A stretch of DNA of 64,000 bases from Octopus vulgaris (Eukaryota). How positions within the stretch are numbered: the first letter of the stretch is position 1; each line of letters opens with the position of its first letter. The notes beneath the pieces were generated by a model, which made no database searches, was not told the DNA's origin, and saw only the letters and a list, made by a program, of their open reading frames with translations. Location of the stretch: assembly GCA_951406725.2 (NCBI GenBank), contig OX597823.1, forward strand, positions 29,822,001 to 29,886,000, in the 5' to 3' direction. Position numbers and translations under genes: made by a program. Of this stretch, positions 13,367 to 26,170 are shown piece by piece.

Positions 13367-13977
13367 TCTTCTTCTTCTTCTTCTTCTTCTTCTTCTTCTT
13401 CTTCTTCTTCTTCTTCTTCTTCTTCTTCTTCTTCTTCTTCTTCTTCTTCTTCTTCTTCTTCTTCTTCTCCTTCTTCTTCTTCTTCTTCTTCTTCTTCTCC
13501 TTCTTCTTCTTCTTCTTCTTCTTCTCCTTCTTCTTCTTCTTCTTCTCCTTCTTCTTCTTCTTCTTCTCCTTCTCCTTCTTCTTCTTCTTCTTCTTCTTCT
13601 TCTTCTTCTTCTTCTTCTTCTTCTTCTTCTTCTTCTTCTTCTTCTTCTTCTTCTTCTTCTTCTTCTTCTTCTTCTTCTTCTTCTTCTTCTTCTTCTTCTC
13701 TTCTTCTTCTTCTTCTTCTCCTTCTTCTTCTTCTTCTTCTTCTTCTCCTTCTTCTTCTTCTTCTTCTTCTTCTTCTCTTCTTCTTCTTCTTCTTCTTCTT
13801 CTTCTTCTTCTTCTTCTTCTTCTCCTTCTTCTTCTTCTCCTTCTTCTTCTCTTCTTCTTCTTCTTCTTCTTCTTCTCCTTCTTCTTCTTCTTCTCCTTCT
13901 TCTTCTCCTTCTTCTTCTCCTTCTTCTTCTTCTTCTTCTTCTTCTTCTTCTTCTCTTCTTCTTCTTCTTCTTCTTCT

Positions 13978-14010
<33 letters not shown>

Positions 14011-14090
14011 CCTTCTTCTTCTTCTTCTTCTTCTTCTTCTTCTTCTTCTTCTTCGTCTCCTTCTTTTCTCTCTCTCTCTCTCTCTATCCC
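13367..14090 (+). repeat. ~700-bp (TTC)n polypyrimidine tract
   Basis: Direct read; CTC interruptions. Confidence 0.97.
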
Positions 14091-14638
14091 CCCACTCACT
14101 TCCGTCTTTCCCTCCCTCTCTCTCTCTCTCACTGAACAATGTCTGACAAGACTTAAAGACAAATAAATAAAGGCTGAGGAGAGGCATATGCGGTAAGAGA
14201 GTGCGAGGGTGGTGGGGGTGGTGGGGGTGGAAGCGGACCAGATGTAGACAGAGCAAGGTTATGAGAGAGATAAGGGGGAGGGATAGGGGAGAGGAGGAAA
14301 GAGAGATACGAAAAGAAAGGTAGGCAGGAAGAACAACAGCAATAAGATCAACAATGAAGCCAACTAAATAAACACACTGGAATGTAAACAATAAGATCTC
14401 TTGAGATACGGTCTTACACACACACACACACATTCACTCACTCACACGCACACACACAAATACACACATACAAATCAACACACACTCTCACACACATACT
14501 CACTACATTCACTCACACATATACTCATGCACATATGCACATACACACGCACATCCATACACATTCACATTACATTCATGTATGAAGCGTGTAAACTGAA
14601 CTTAATGTATGTGTGTATATGTATATGTGTGTGCGTAT

Positions 14639-14679
<41 letters not shown>

Positions 14680-14951
14680 AGTTTATATATATATATATTT
14701 ATGCATATTTGTGTCCTCTGAGACAACTGCTTTCCTAACTATGTGCCTGTGTGTATGTATGTATATATATATATATATATATTGTTTTCGTAATGAGATA
14801 AAAAACCAAGGCTGTGTCGATTTTAGAACATTTTTAGATAGGTCTTACACCTGTTTCCAGTATATATATAAATATACGCATACTCATGTACACACATGTG
14901 CTTGTGTGTATATGTAAATACATATCTATATGTACAAACACACACACACAG

Positions 14952-14983
<32 letters not shown>

Positions 14984-16067
14984 ACACACACAGCAACATA
15001 TATAGTTAGGAAGGCACTTGTCCCAGTGGTTAAGGCATCGAGCATCAGTTCAGTCATCATAAGGTTGTGAGATCGGGTCCTTAACGAGGCGACGAGTTGT
15101 ATCCTTTGCAAGGCCCGTCGTTTCACGTTAACCCGGCCAATTCAGCAAAAACAAAAGCAAAAAAAAAAAAAAAGAAGAAAGAAAGAAAGGTTAGAAAGAA
15201 AGGAAGGAAAATTTTTTATGCGGCTCTAGGTCCCTATTGTCATATGTTCGATACTCACGCGCGAAAAGGGTGGGAGTGTTGCGAAGTAATTTGTGTCCCC
15301 CCGCGACTACATAAGCACCTAAATCAATTAGCGAAAGCATAGTAAACGCCACTAAGTCATATTCGTTGCAAGTCACGGCTACAATGCTTTGATATAATCA
15401 TATGGCAAGTGAATACGGCTTGTAGCACAATTATTTTATGTGCTTATGGATGCGAAAGTCCGCACAAATTCAATCATAATATAAGAAACGATACAAACGC
15501 TAAATATATATTCAAATCAATTTTTGGAAATGAGACTGTGAAGGTCTAGAAAGTTTGGATATGGATTTAGGAGCTCTACAGTAACTGTAACAAGCTAATA
15601 AGAAAATATGAAAAATGTAAAAAAAATGTAAAGAAACTTATGCGTAGACATGCATTTAATGAAGTGTGCACGTACAGACACACAAATGTGTGTGCATATA
15701 CATATACATATACATATGTATATATACACATACATATATACTGTATATATACAGTCAATTATGTAATAGCATGAAATTAGTTACCCGATAGTAAGAATTC
15801 AAATAAAGTAGCCCCGAAAAAGGATTTAATGCGTTCCCAGAGTATATAGAACATAGGAGGAAATGCTAATAAGGTATTATACTAAAATAGTGAAGCACGT
15901 TACATAATAGCAGGCTAATCAGATAAGAGATAATAACAATCCAAAGTAAATAACTCGGAAAGGAGCTTTTGTGCGTTCTCAGAGAATATTACCCTCAATG
16001 GCGCTAGTGTTGGTATATTCGTGAATAAGTGGATCTATTGTTTAGGAAAATGCTATTTACTTGTTTA

Positions 16068-16247
16068 AGGGTTGTACTGGATAAATTGCGAAAATAAATT
16101 TAATAGTTCAAATACTAAGAAATAAGCATACTCAATTCCATTTTTACCAAATAATGTAGGAAAATGAATGGGTTATTTCCATTGGCTATATATAAGGATC
16201 CCTTCCAGGGGCGAATGGGTTATTTTTCCTTGGCTATTAAAATAAAA

Positions 16248-16305
<58 letters not shown>

Positions 16306-16485
16306 ATCCCTTCCAAGGGCCCTTTTGTTGATTTTTTTCAACAATCTGAGTATGCCATGTGGTTTCCAGACATGAGTTCTACTCACGTGTCAAATTTTAT
16401 CAAAATCGATAAAATGATGTAGGAGGAGTTAGCTAACTACTCCACAAACACACTCACAAACAGAATTTGCCACATATGTACTAAA
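16068..16485. mobile_element. Helentron/HINE-like non-autonomous element remnant
   Basis: GTCAAATTTTATCAAAATCGAT..GTAGGAGGAGTT..ACAAACACACTCACAAACAG resembles HINE/Helitron subterminal sequence. Internal duplication 16166-16210/16214-16320. Confidence 0.4.
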
Positions 16486-16486
16486 T

Positions 16487-16740
16487 ATGCTTTTCCTAAA
16501 GCTGCAAATTTATCAGAAAACTGCTACTCAGAGTTTCACGTTCCTGTTCGTCGGACAGTTGTGATGAAAACACAAATGCATGTCTGCATTTTCCTCACAA
16601 CCGTTCGACGAGCGGGAACGTGGGACTCTGAGTAAAAGTTCTGTAATAATTTTGCAGCTTCAATAAAAGCATATAACTCTACCTTTGGTATTCGAATACT
16701 ACTTTTTTTTCCATCTCGTTTTGCAGTTATGTGCTCACCT
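16487..16740. mobile_element. head-to-head inverted PLE-like termini with hammerhead motif (16519-16560, minus)
   Basis: Arms 16487-16575 and 16587-16673 complementary. Minus strand AACTGT-CCGACGA-AC aggaac GT-GAAACTC T GAGTA-GCAGTT. Related copy at 55090-55241. Confidence 0.7.
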
Positions 16741-16763
16741 GTATAGATACATGAGCCTGAGTC

Positions 16764-17101
16764 TGAGACCCCCTTCGGTCAGACACTGACCATGGGATTG
16801 CACCTAGAAAGTTACCTTCTGAGGCATAAGTCTGGGCAAGGTTGTTTTTATGGAAGACCAGCAGTCGCCCATGCATACCGGCTTCCCCTCTCCACGCCAC
16901 CAATGTTATCCAAGGGAAAAGCAAAGGCCGATACAGCTTGGCACCAGTGACGTCACAACTCATTTCTACAGCTGAGTGAACTGGAGCAACGTGAAATAAA
17001 GTGTCTTGCTCAAGAACACAATACGCAGCCCGGTCCGGGATTCGAGCTCACAACCTCACGATCGTAAGCTTGACGCTCTAACCACTGAGACATGCGCCTT
17101 C
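16764..17101 (-). mobile_element. SINE family 3 (tRNA-Arg(ACG)-like head)
   Basis: Minus strand GAAGGCGCATGTCTCAGTGGTTAGAGCGTCAAGCTTACGATCG..CTCGAATCCC. Copies at 31152-31465 and 52665-52842. Confidence 0.88.
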
Positions 17102-17122
17102 ACACATACATACATACATACA

Positions 17123-17158
<36 letters not shown>

Positions 17159-17164
17159 TATATG

Positions 17165-17198
<34 letters not shown>

Positions 17199-17287
17199 AG
17201 TGTGTGTATGTATGTATGTGTGTGTATAATGTATATGTATGTGTGTATACATGCATGCATAACTGCTTGTATTTATGCATGTTCACG

Positions 17288-17356
<69 letters not shown>

Positions 17357-17503
17357 CGTTTCTCATGTCTGTTATAGTAAAGTATCAAATTCATGACGTC
17401 AAAACATCGGTCAGAAATGTGAAATACGTGATGTGCATGTGCGGGCTTCTGCGTGTGTTTCTAACCTTTCATCTTTACGTACGAACTTGCGCATGCCTGT
17501 GTG

Positions 17504-17537
<34 letters not shown>

Positions 17538-17849
17538 CATCTGTCTGTCTGTCTGTCTGTCCGTCCGTATGTCTGTCTGTCTGTGTGTATGTATGTATGT
17601 ATGTATGTATGTATGTATGAATGTATGTATGTAGGTAGGTAGGTATGTAGGTATGTATGTATGTATGTATGTATGTATGTAGGTAGGTAGGTATGTAGGT
17701 ATGTATCTGAGTTGAAGCAAGGCGGGTTGAAAAGTAAGTCTTGTGTCAACAGGTGTGTTCTTTCGCAGAGAACATCTGCACTGAATACAGAAATTGCCAC
17801 CTACCATTTCCCGTTCTACTTCTACTGCATACACTCTTCTGATCTCTCT

Positions 17850-17908
<59 letters not shown>

Positions 17909-17955
17909 CTATCTATATATATATATATACATATATATACATATATACATACATA

Positions 17956-18010
<55 letters not shown>

Positions 18011-18162
18011 TTATGTATGTATGTATATGCATATATATATATATATATACACACTTGCACACACACACACTTCTTTTATTCGTTTATTCCTTTCGTCCTT
18101 CCTCCCTTCCATCCTCTCTAATTTACTTTCCGTCTCATTCTATCATTCTATTAATCGTGCCA

Positions 18163-18525
18163 TAGAAGGGAATGGGGCAACCAAGGCGCGGCTGTTTGGT
18201 CGCTGGCGATATGACGGGGCTGACTGGTCATTCAGGCTGCTTCTGGCGAAAGTACATACTGGGGGCAAACACACGCACACGCGCGCGCGCATACGCAGAA
18301 ATACACATACACACAGATAGAAAAAGTGAGAAAGAGAGAGAGAAGAAGAAGAAGAAGAAGAAGAAGAAGAAGAAGAAGAAGAAGAAGAAGAAGAAGAAGA
18401 AGAAGAAGAAGAAGAAGAAGGAAAGGATGGAGAGAAAGGGAGAAACTGTAAAATATCTGATGTCAAATAAGTCAGCATCGAATCAGTGACGCCAAAATGG
18501 CCGCGCCAAGACATTTGTCCCTCTA
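18163..18525. mobile_element. possible Mutator-like MITE with short GC-rich TIRs
   Basis: GGCGCGGCTGTTTGG near left end vs CCAAAATGGCCGCGCC near right end. Similar end at 52277-52310. Confidence 0.4.
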
Positions 18526-18970
18526 TTCATGGCTGTTTCTATGTTTCTTAGCCAGTTAACGTCAGTGTAATTGTTAACGTCTAAACTCGCTTTGAATCCC
18601 TTACTTAGAACAGCGTCTCTCATTGGTGGTGGTGGTTGTGGTGGGACCTTGAGAAATCTGAATAGGAGCAGAGAGAAGAATTATATGGGAACCTTGGATG
18701 ACCAACCAATGACGAAAAAAATTAGGTGGGGTAGTTCAATTTGTTTTTATTCCGCTACCAAGTCTATGACAGTTTAATATTTCTGTCCCCAAAGTAATTC
18801 TCAGTTTCCAATTACTGAAGTAATCCAGGAAAAGATTGTTAGTCATGTTAGGAGCAGAGTGGCAGTGCTTGCCTAGGACTCGTAGATATTTCAGTTCTAT
18901 ATTTTTGAGATGATGAATTATGTACATTATTTACATTTGACAGATATTTGTCCTCATCTTGTTTGATGTT

Positions 18971-19017
18971 AACACAACGTTTCGGCTGATATACTTTCCT
19001 ACCTTCATCAGGTGTCC
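18971..19017 (-). ncRNA. minimal type I hammerhead motif
   Basis: GACAC-CTGATGA-A-GG..CC-GAAACGTT-GTGTT: intact core, 5-bp stem I, palindromic AACGTT stem III, weakened stem II. Confidence 0.65.
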
Positions 19018-19082
19018 TGGGGAAATTTCGAACCTGGGTTCTCTTTCCTAAGGTATTTTTCCCATATTGTTATTATTATTAA

Positions 19083-19535
<453 letters not shown>

Positions 19536-19550
19536 TATTATTATTATCAA

Positions 19551-19627
<77 letters not shown>

Positions 19628-20197
19628 TCACTGCTTGGAATTGAACTTGGAATCTTGGGGTTAGTATCCCGCGCGCTTAACCACTACGCCATATGCCCGT
19701 GGGTATATGACGTATTGCCAAATACGATCTCAGTACGTCAAGTGTATTCCTGATCTCATGGGCTTCCCTGATGAGTTGCATCACAACATCAATGTGCTGA
19801 TGGATCGATGTAGTTATTCATGACGAGAAATACAGTCAACCATTGAGAAAATCTATTCTGAGACACAGCTACCCTTCAACGTTCAGCAAAGAAATTTACC
19901 GAAACTGATTGATGTCCTTTGAGTTTTTCTTTCCGGATATCTAAATTCTTTCAGCAGACCTCCATAGATCGGCAACGCTGTCCCTTTACCATATCAATTT
20001 CAAAGATCTTCCAAAGGTTTCTTAGGAACTCTGGGCAGCGCTTGCACAGGAAGTAGGGTAAAGCACTGAGTAAAGGCTAAGTTGATACCGTTGGGAAAAT
20101 GCTGAAACGATTTAATGTGTGTAAATAAATAAACATATACACCCACACACGTTGACATGCACACACACATACACACACACACATATGTAAGTGTATA

Positions 20198-20274
<77 letters not shown>

Positions 20275-20566
20275 AGAGGCACATGGCCTAGTGGTTAGAG
20301 CAGCGGACTCGCGGTCGAGGGACCGCGGGTTCGAATCTCAGACCGAGCGATGTGTATGTTTATGAGCGAAAAATCTAAGCTCCACGCTTCTCCGACAGAA
20401 GGTAATGGCGAACTTCTGCTGACTCTTTCGCCACAACTTTCACACTTTCCTCCTGCATCTTGCAGCTCACCTGCGACGAACCGGCGTCCCGTTCAGGTGG
20501 GGAACCTATACGCCAAGGAGACCGGGAAACCGACCCTGTGAGCCAGGCATGGTTCGAGAAGGAACA

Positions 20567-20568
<2 letters not shown>
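20275..20568 (+). mobile_element. SINE family 4 (tRNA-Arg-like head), tail variant 1
   Basis: GAGGCACATGGCCTAGTGGTTAGAGCAGCGGACTCGCGGTC..GGTTCGAATC. Confidence 0.85.
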
Positions 20569-20601
<33 letters not shown>

Positions 20602-20605
<4 letters not shown>

Positions 20606-21880
20606 ATGCGATGGGTAAATTGTCGTCATTTTATATTTTTTATTTCACGCATGCACATTATTTGTTTTTGATTTTATCGACTACACAGTATAATAGGGTC
20701 AGTTGGGCACAGTCAGTGAAAAAATCAGTATCATGATGCAATTCACCCAGCCGGAAAGTTGGAAACGCCATGCTGTGCCGCTTGGCATTTGCGCCGGAAG
20801 CTCCAACACGAACATTTCAGAGTGTTTGGGTGTCAATCTGAGGACAGTGCAGAAGATTCGGAAAGAGTTGGGTGAATTTAATGGTGACTATGAAGGTACA
20901 GCAGCTTGGGAAATTCACTCTGATCGTTCTGATAAGAAAAGAACTCCTGAATTTGTTGATGTGATCCAGGCCATGATTGACAACGATCCCTTCAAGTCAA
21001 TCAGGTCCATCGCCAGGGACACGGGAGGGTCTGAGTTTCGAGTAACTTATCAGGCAGGTAGTATATGAAGACATTCGGTATTCCTCATACAAGATGAGTC
21101 AGGGCCAATTTTTATCCTAAGTTATCAAGGACAAGAGGAAAGACCGCACTAAGAAGCTTTTGAACAAACTCAAGCATTCCCTCCAACCGAACATGTTTTG
21201 GTTCTTCTCAGACGAAAAAATTTCTGCCAGGATCAGATGGTGAACACACAGAACACCCGTTGGTTTGCCGTGTCTCCAAGACATGTACCAAGAGTAATAA
21301 AAATCAAACATCCAGTTTGGAGTGATCACTAGTGATGGCGCCGTTATGCCTCTATTCATCTTCCCACATGGCCTCACAGAGAGGCCTACATCAAGTGCCT
21401 GGAGGAGGCAGTGCTGCCTTGGATCAAGAGGGTGGTTGCTGGAAGACCCTATGTCTGGCAACAGGACCCCTGCCCCAAGCAGGGGAACCCAGTCATGGAT
21501 GTCAGACTATTTCTGCGACCACATCTCTCCTAACATCTGGCCACCTAACTCCCCAAACTGCAACCCCCTTAATTATTATGTGTGGGATGCAGTTGAGCGA
21601 GAGAACAACAAAACTTCTTGTAACACCAAAGATGAACTGAAAGCAAGGATTATGGCAGCATTCATCAACTTAAACAAGGAGACCGTCCAGAAGTGTTGCA
21701 GGATATTCCGAAGTTGTCTGGAGGCCGTGGTTGAAGCCAATGCGGATTTTATTGAATAAATTTACTCATTAGTTTTTCAAGATATTTTAATGCAAGTTTG
21801 GTAAATATATCTGTTAAAATGGGATCTCAGTGTTATTTTCATTTTTGCGTAATTTAGACGACAATCTATCCACTGCACCC

Positions 21881-21881
<1 letters not shown>
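20602..21881 (+). mobile_element. Tc1/mariner (maT/DD37D-like) DNA transposon, full length but frameshifted
   Basis: Imperfect TIRs AGGATGCGATGGGTAAATTGTCGTC / GACGACAATCTATCCACTGCACCCT within (TA)n. Motifs FFSDEK, WQQD, WPPNSPNCNPLNYYVW. Confidence 0.9.
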
Positions 21882-21955
<74 letters not shown>

Positions 21956-22570
21956 GAATACTCAAAATGGGACAAGAACACAAAACATCCAGACAGTTAG
22001 ATGATTCAAAAAAGGGACAACAAAACATCCAGACAGACGATACAAAAGAACAAGGACGAGTCATTCGGAGCTTCCTTTCTTCAGTCGAGTTCAAGATTAT
22101 ATTTGCAATTTCGGCTGGTTATACTCGAGATTGCTCCAATCTGGCCAGCCCCAAGGAAAAGCTAAGCTAAGACCACAAGATTCCTTAGAAGAAAGTAGCG
22201 AATGTATACGAAAATAAGGACGGGAAAAACAGAGAAAATACAAATGCAAATAAAGGACATATACAACAGGTGCCTTTCGACTAAGGACGAATTAAGTTAA
22301 GCCGGCATGTGTGGAAGTGAAGCCTTACAGCAAGAGATGGCAGGCATAGGGAGGAATATAGATGTTGCAGGGATGATAGTGGAACCAAGAACGAAAGAGA
22401 GAGGTAGAGGCAGATAGATAGAAGAATTAGGGAGGGAGGAGCAAAAAAAGAAAAGGGACAGAGAGAAGTGAAAGAGAAGGAACGAAAGAAAGAAGTGTGT
22501 AAAGAACGAAGTGTGAAGGGGCTGATAGAAAGAAAGAAAGATTGAAAGAATAACAGAGTCGTACAAAATT

Positions 22571-22657
<87 letters not shown>

Positions 22658-22779
22658 ATATATAAGAGACCAAAGTGTACGTACCTAAGCTTAAATAGTA
22701 AGCCGCGATAGGTTAACTGTCATAGGTGAACCACGATATGGCGACGGATTACTGTATATAGGGATGCGTGTTTGTGTGT

Positions 22780-23015
22780 GAGTGCCTTTGTATCCGTGTT
22801 TGCTATTCATTCACACACACGCCGTTTGACAGCCAATATTATTTTAATTACGTCCCCGTAGCTTAACGGTTCAGCAAAAGAGACCGGTAGAATAAATACC
22901 AGACTTTAACAAAAAAAATCAACGTAAGTACTGTGGTCGATTTATTTCACTAAACCTATTTAAAGCAGTGCTTAAGCATGGCCGCAATCCAATGCGTGAA
23001 ACAAGTAACGATAAA
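22780..23015 (+). mobile_element. SINE family 2, diverged 3' half
   Basis: TACGTCCCCGTAGCTTAACGGTTCAGCAAAAGAGACCG..AGCATGGCCGCA. Confidence 0.75.
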
Positions 23016-23499
23016 AAGTAAGTAAGAAGTTTATCTTGTATGGTATTTGATATATCTTTATTTGTGCTTATTGTTTATATTCTCCATGCCACTGACCACT
23101 TCCAGATATGTTTCTTTGTTCATTTTCGCTTAAATTAATACAAATGCCCATATACCATATGCGCTCTCTACTGGTTCCTTTAAGCCTAAATATGTCGTCT
23201 GCTGGATTCATGGAAAGAAAACTGCTGTGATGGTAACATTTACTGAACCAACGAAACAAAAGAATCTAAAAATGATAGATTTATTTTATCAAATAAAAGC
23301 ATGTTAACAATAATCGATATAAAAACTTAGAAATATTGCATTTCTCAATCTCTCAGAGAGATTTATACAGTAGCAGCACGATAAAGTGAGGGTTTGTTGT
23401 CAACTTAATGAGATAGTCATAGGAAAGGGAAGGATGTTATTGCTATAACGACATTAAAGACAGCACTTAAGAATTATGGTTTAAAAGCAATCAAAATGA

Positions 23500-23840
23500 C
23501 ATCAATTTCCTTATCTGGAATCCAACAGAAGAGATACATAAACAAAAATGCAGAAAACGTTGTAATATAAAAGAATATTGGCACCAACTTTTAAATATAC
23601 ATAAGGCGTTGTCCCCATATGATCCGTCCGCAACAAAAATCATGCTCACATCATATCACTAAGGCGAACCAGTTCACTTCAATTGGTCTTGCTTCTCTTT
23701 AACATCATACCAAAAGACTTAAAGGAAGGAAAAGACCTCAAATGGTTCCTGGAGGAATTCTTTCAACAATTTCCAGATAAATTGCCTACAAACGGATAAA
23801 AATTCTTCAAGTGATAACTCTTTACTCGAAAGGACTATGG
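23500..23840 (+). pseudogene. eroded CR1-like LINE 3' end
   Basis: Frameshifted FTSIG..LFNIIPKDLK..FFQQFPD..NSLLE resembles a CR1 ORF2 C-terminus. Confidence 0.5.
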
Positions 23841-23908
23841 TGCCCTGTGTATGACTGTAACGTGAAACACGATTAAATGTCTTTTCCATACGGTGCTTCT
23901 AAGTTAGT

Positions 23909-24248
23909 GTGGAGGCGCAATGGCCCAGTGGTTAGGGCAGCGGACTCGCGGTCATAGGATCGCGGTTTCGATTCCCAGACCGGGCTTTGTGAGTGTTTAT
24001 TGAGCGAAAACACCTAAAAGTTCCACGAGGCTCCGGCAGGGGATGGTGGTGATCCCTGCTGTACTCTTTCACCACAACTTTCTCTCACTCTTACTTCCTG
24101 TTTCTGTTGTACCTGTATTTCAAAGGGCCGGCCTTGTCACTCTCTGTGTCACGCTGAATATCCACTTGCACGTTAATTTCACGAGCAGGCTGTTCCGTTG
24201 ATTCGGATCAACCGGAACCCTCATCGTCGTAACCGACAGAGTGCTTTC
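23909..24248 (+). mobile_element. SINE family 4, tail variant 2
   Basis: GGAGGCGCAATGGCCCAGTGGTTAGGGCAGCGGACTCGCGGTC..TTCGATTCCC. Confidence 0.85.
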
Positions 24249-24623
24249 CAAATATAGATAAACTGGTAACTGCAGTAATGAATCGACAGGGACTGATACA
24301 GAATACACCTAGAGCTCACCTTTAACACATCTCGCTAAGCAGTATACAGTAAACTTTTGAATTAGAATCTTGATTCCCAGTCCGCCTACATTTTCTTATG
24401 AAGCATTGACCTGCTGATATTCAGGCTTGGCATCGACCACGACTGTCTGAGCAGTCTGGGAGGTTCTGTTCAGGTCATTGACATCGTGAGGGAAAAATAA
24501 TAACCGAGATAATAAATAACATTTAAAATAAATGTACGTTTTAATCTTGAGTAATGATTTTTATCGCAACAAAAGCAATCTAAAACGTGTTACTTAGCTT
24601 TGAGAATTTTATGGCATGTATAA

Positions 24624-25422
24624 GGCGGCGAGCTGGCAGAATCGTTAACATGCCGGGCGAAATGCTTAGCGGTATTTCGTCTGCCGTCACGTTCTGAGTT
24701 CAAATTCTGCCGAGGTCGACTTTGCCTTTCATCCTTTCGGGGTCGATAAATTAAGTACCAGTTACGAATTGGGGTCGATATAATCGACTTAATCCGTTTG
24801 TCCTCTCTGTGTTTAGCCCCTTGTGGACAGTAAAGAAATAGGTATTTCGTCTGTCTTTACATTCTGAGTTCAAATTCCGCCGAGGTCGACTTTACCTTTC
24901 GCCTTTTCAGGTTCGATTAATTAAGTACCAGTTGCGTACTGGGGTCGATCTAATCGGCTGGCCCCCTCCCCCAAAATTTCGAGCCTTGTGCCTAGAGTAG
25001 AAAAGAATATTTTGTTTAAGACGGCGAGCTGACAGTACTGTTAACACGCCGAAATGCTTAGCGGTATTTCGTCTGCCGTTACGTTCTGAGTTCAAATTCC
25101 GCCGAGGTCGACTTTGCCTTTCATCCTTTCGGGGTCGATTAAATAAGTACCAGTTACGCACTGGGGTCGATATAATCGACTTAATCCCTTTGCCTGTCCT
25201 TGTTTGTCTCCTCTGTTTTTAGCCCCCTGTGTGTAGTAAAGAAATAGGTATTTCATCTCTTTACATTCTGAGTTCACATTCCGCCGAGGTCGACTTTAAC
25301 TTTCATCCTTTCGGGTTCGATAAATTAAGTTGCGTACTAGGGTCGATCTAATCGATTGACCCCCCAGCCCCCCCCCCCCTCAAAAAAAAAATTTCATACC
25401 TTTTGCCTATAGTAGAAAGGAT
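24624..25422 (+). mobile_element. two tandem dimeric SINE family 1 copies
   Basis: Heads at 24624 and about 25020. Each is head-core-tailA-core-tailB. Confidence 0.9.
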
Positions 25423-25503
25423 GTATAGTTTCTGATATTTCGGATCCTGGCAGAATCGTTAGCGCGTCGGACAAAAAACTCAACGGCATTATAAAACGGC
25501 ATT

Positions 25504-26113
25504 TATAAAATGTGTCGTAATCCAGGTTTTCTATGCACTAAGCCACTTGGTGGTAAATGGATGTGCTATTAAATTAGTACCCAATTTTCTCACTCTTATC
25601 GGTTGATTGTAATTATGCTGCATTTAATTTTGGATGTAGTATTTGTTTCCGTGAATTTTGGCGGACGAAGACAGGGGCACTTGAATTATAACAGCGGGTA
25701 CAATCGACTCGACCACATGTACATTTATCATTATGGTGAAGTCTAGCGTGCGATCGAGTAAATTGTATCCTGGACGGGTTCGGCTGAGGAGCTACAGATA
25801 AATTTATGTAAGTAAAACCACATAATTTATTAATAGCGAAATAATTGTCTCGAACTAATCTATATTTTGTTATGTTTATTTGCCACGTTCATTTGCGCTG
25901 GTAGTAGTGCTAACTTTCAACGGAAACAATTTCTTTTGTGGCTGAAAACTTGTGGATCTATTTTTAGTGCTAGAGTAGACCACATGTTGGTCACTCTCTT
26001 ATATTTATGTATAAAATGTGTCGTAATCCGAGTTTTTTATGCACTAAGCCACTTGGTGGTAAATGGATGTGCTATTAAATTAGTACCCAATTTTCTCACC
26101 CTTATCGGTTGAT

Positions 26114-26114
<1 letters not shown>
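25504..26114 (+). mobile_element. 506-bp-period partial tandem element with hammerhead (retrozyme-like or PLE pseudo-LTR)
   Basis: Direct repeats 25504-25608 and 26010-26114. Ends in (TA)n. Confidence 0.75.
25778..25855 (+). ncRNA. type I hammerhead ribozyme, canonical core
   Basis: GTTCGG-CTGAGGA-GCTA...TAGC-GAAA-TAATT-GTC-TCGAAC. Predicted cleavage after C25849. Confidence 0.8.

Positions 26115-26170
<56 letters not shown>

Noticed and set aside
13209-14433. Long poly-E/K/R/S ORFs (also 38350-39848, 40282-41460 and the many YI/CV/HT-repeat ORFs)
   Set aside because: Translations of microsatellites that lack stops in several frames; no domain or splice evidence.
15200-15480. CpG-containing unique stretch as exon or conserved element
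   Set aside because: No convincing ORF, splice pair or recognisable motif; cannot be supported without alignment.
19768-19795. CTGATGA-GTTG..CAAC hammerhead half
   Set aside because: No GAAA or stems I/III follow.
20275-20350. tRNA genes at SINE heads (also 17030-17101, 23909-23985, 19622-19705)
   Set aside because: A/B boxes are present but cloverleaves are incomplete and heads continue into repeated SINE bodies.
24700-24790. Ribozyme in the SINE family 1 core (GGATGAAAGG/CCCCGAAAGG on minus strand)
   Set aside because: Does not fit CUGANGA/GAAA hammerhead topology; no HDV-like fold could be established by eye.
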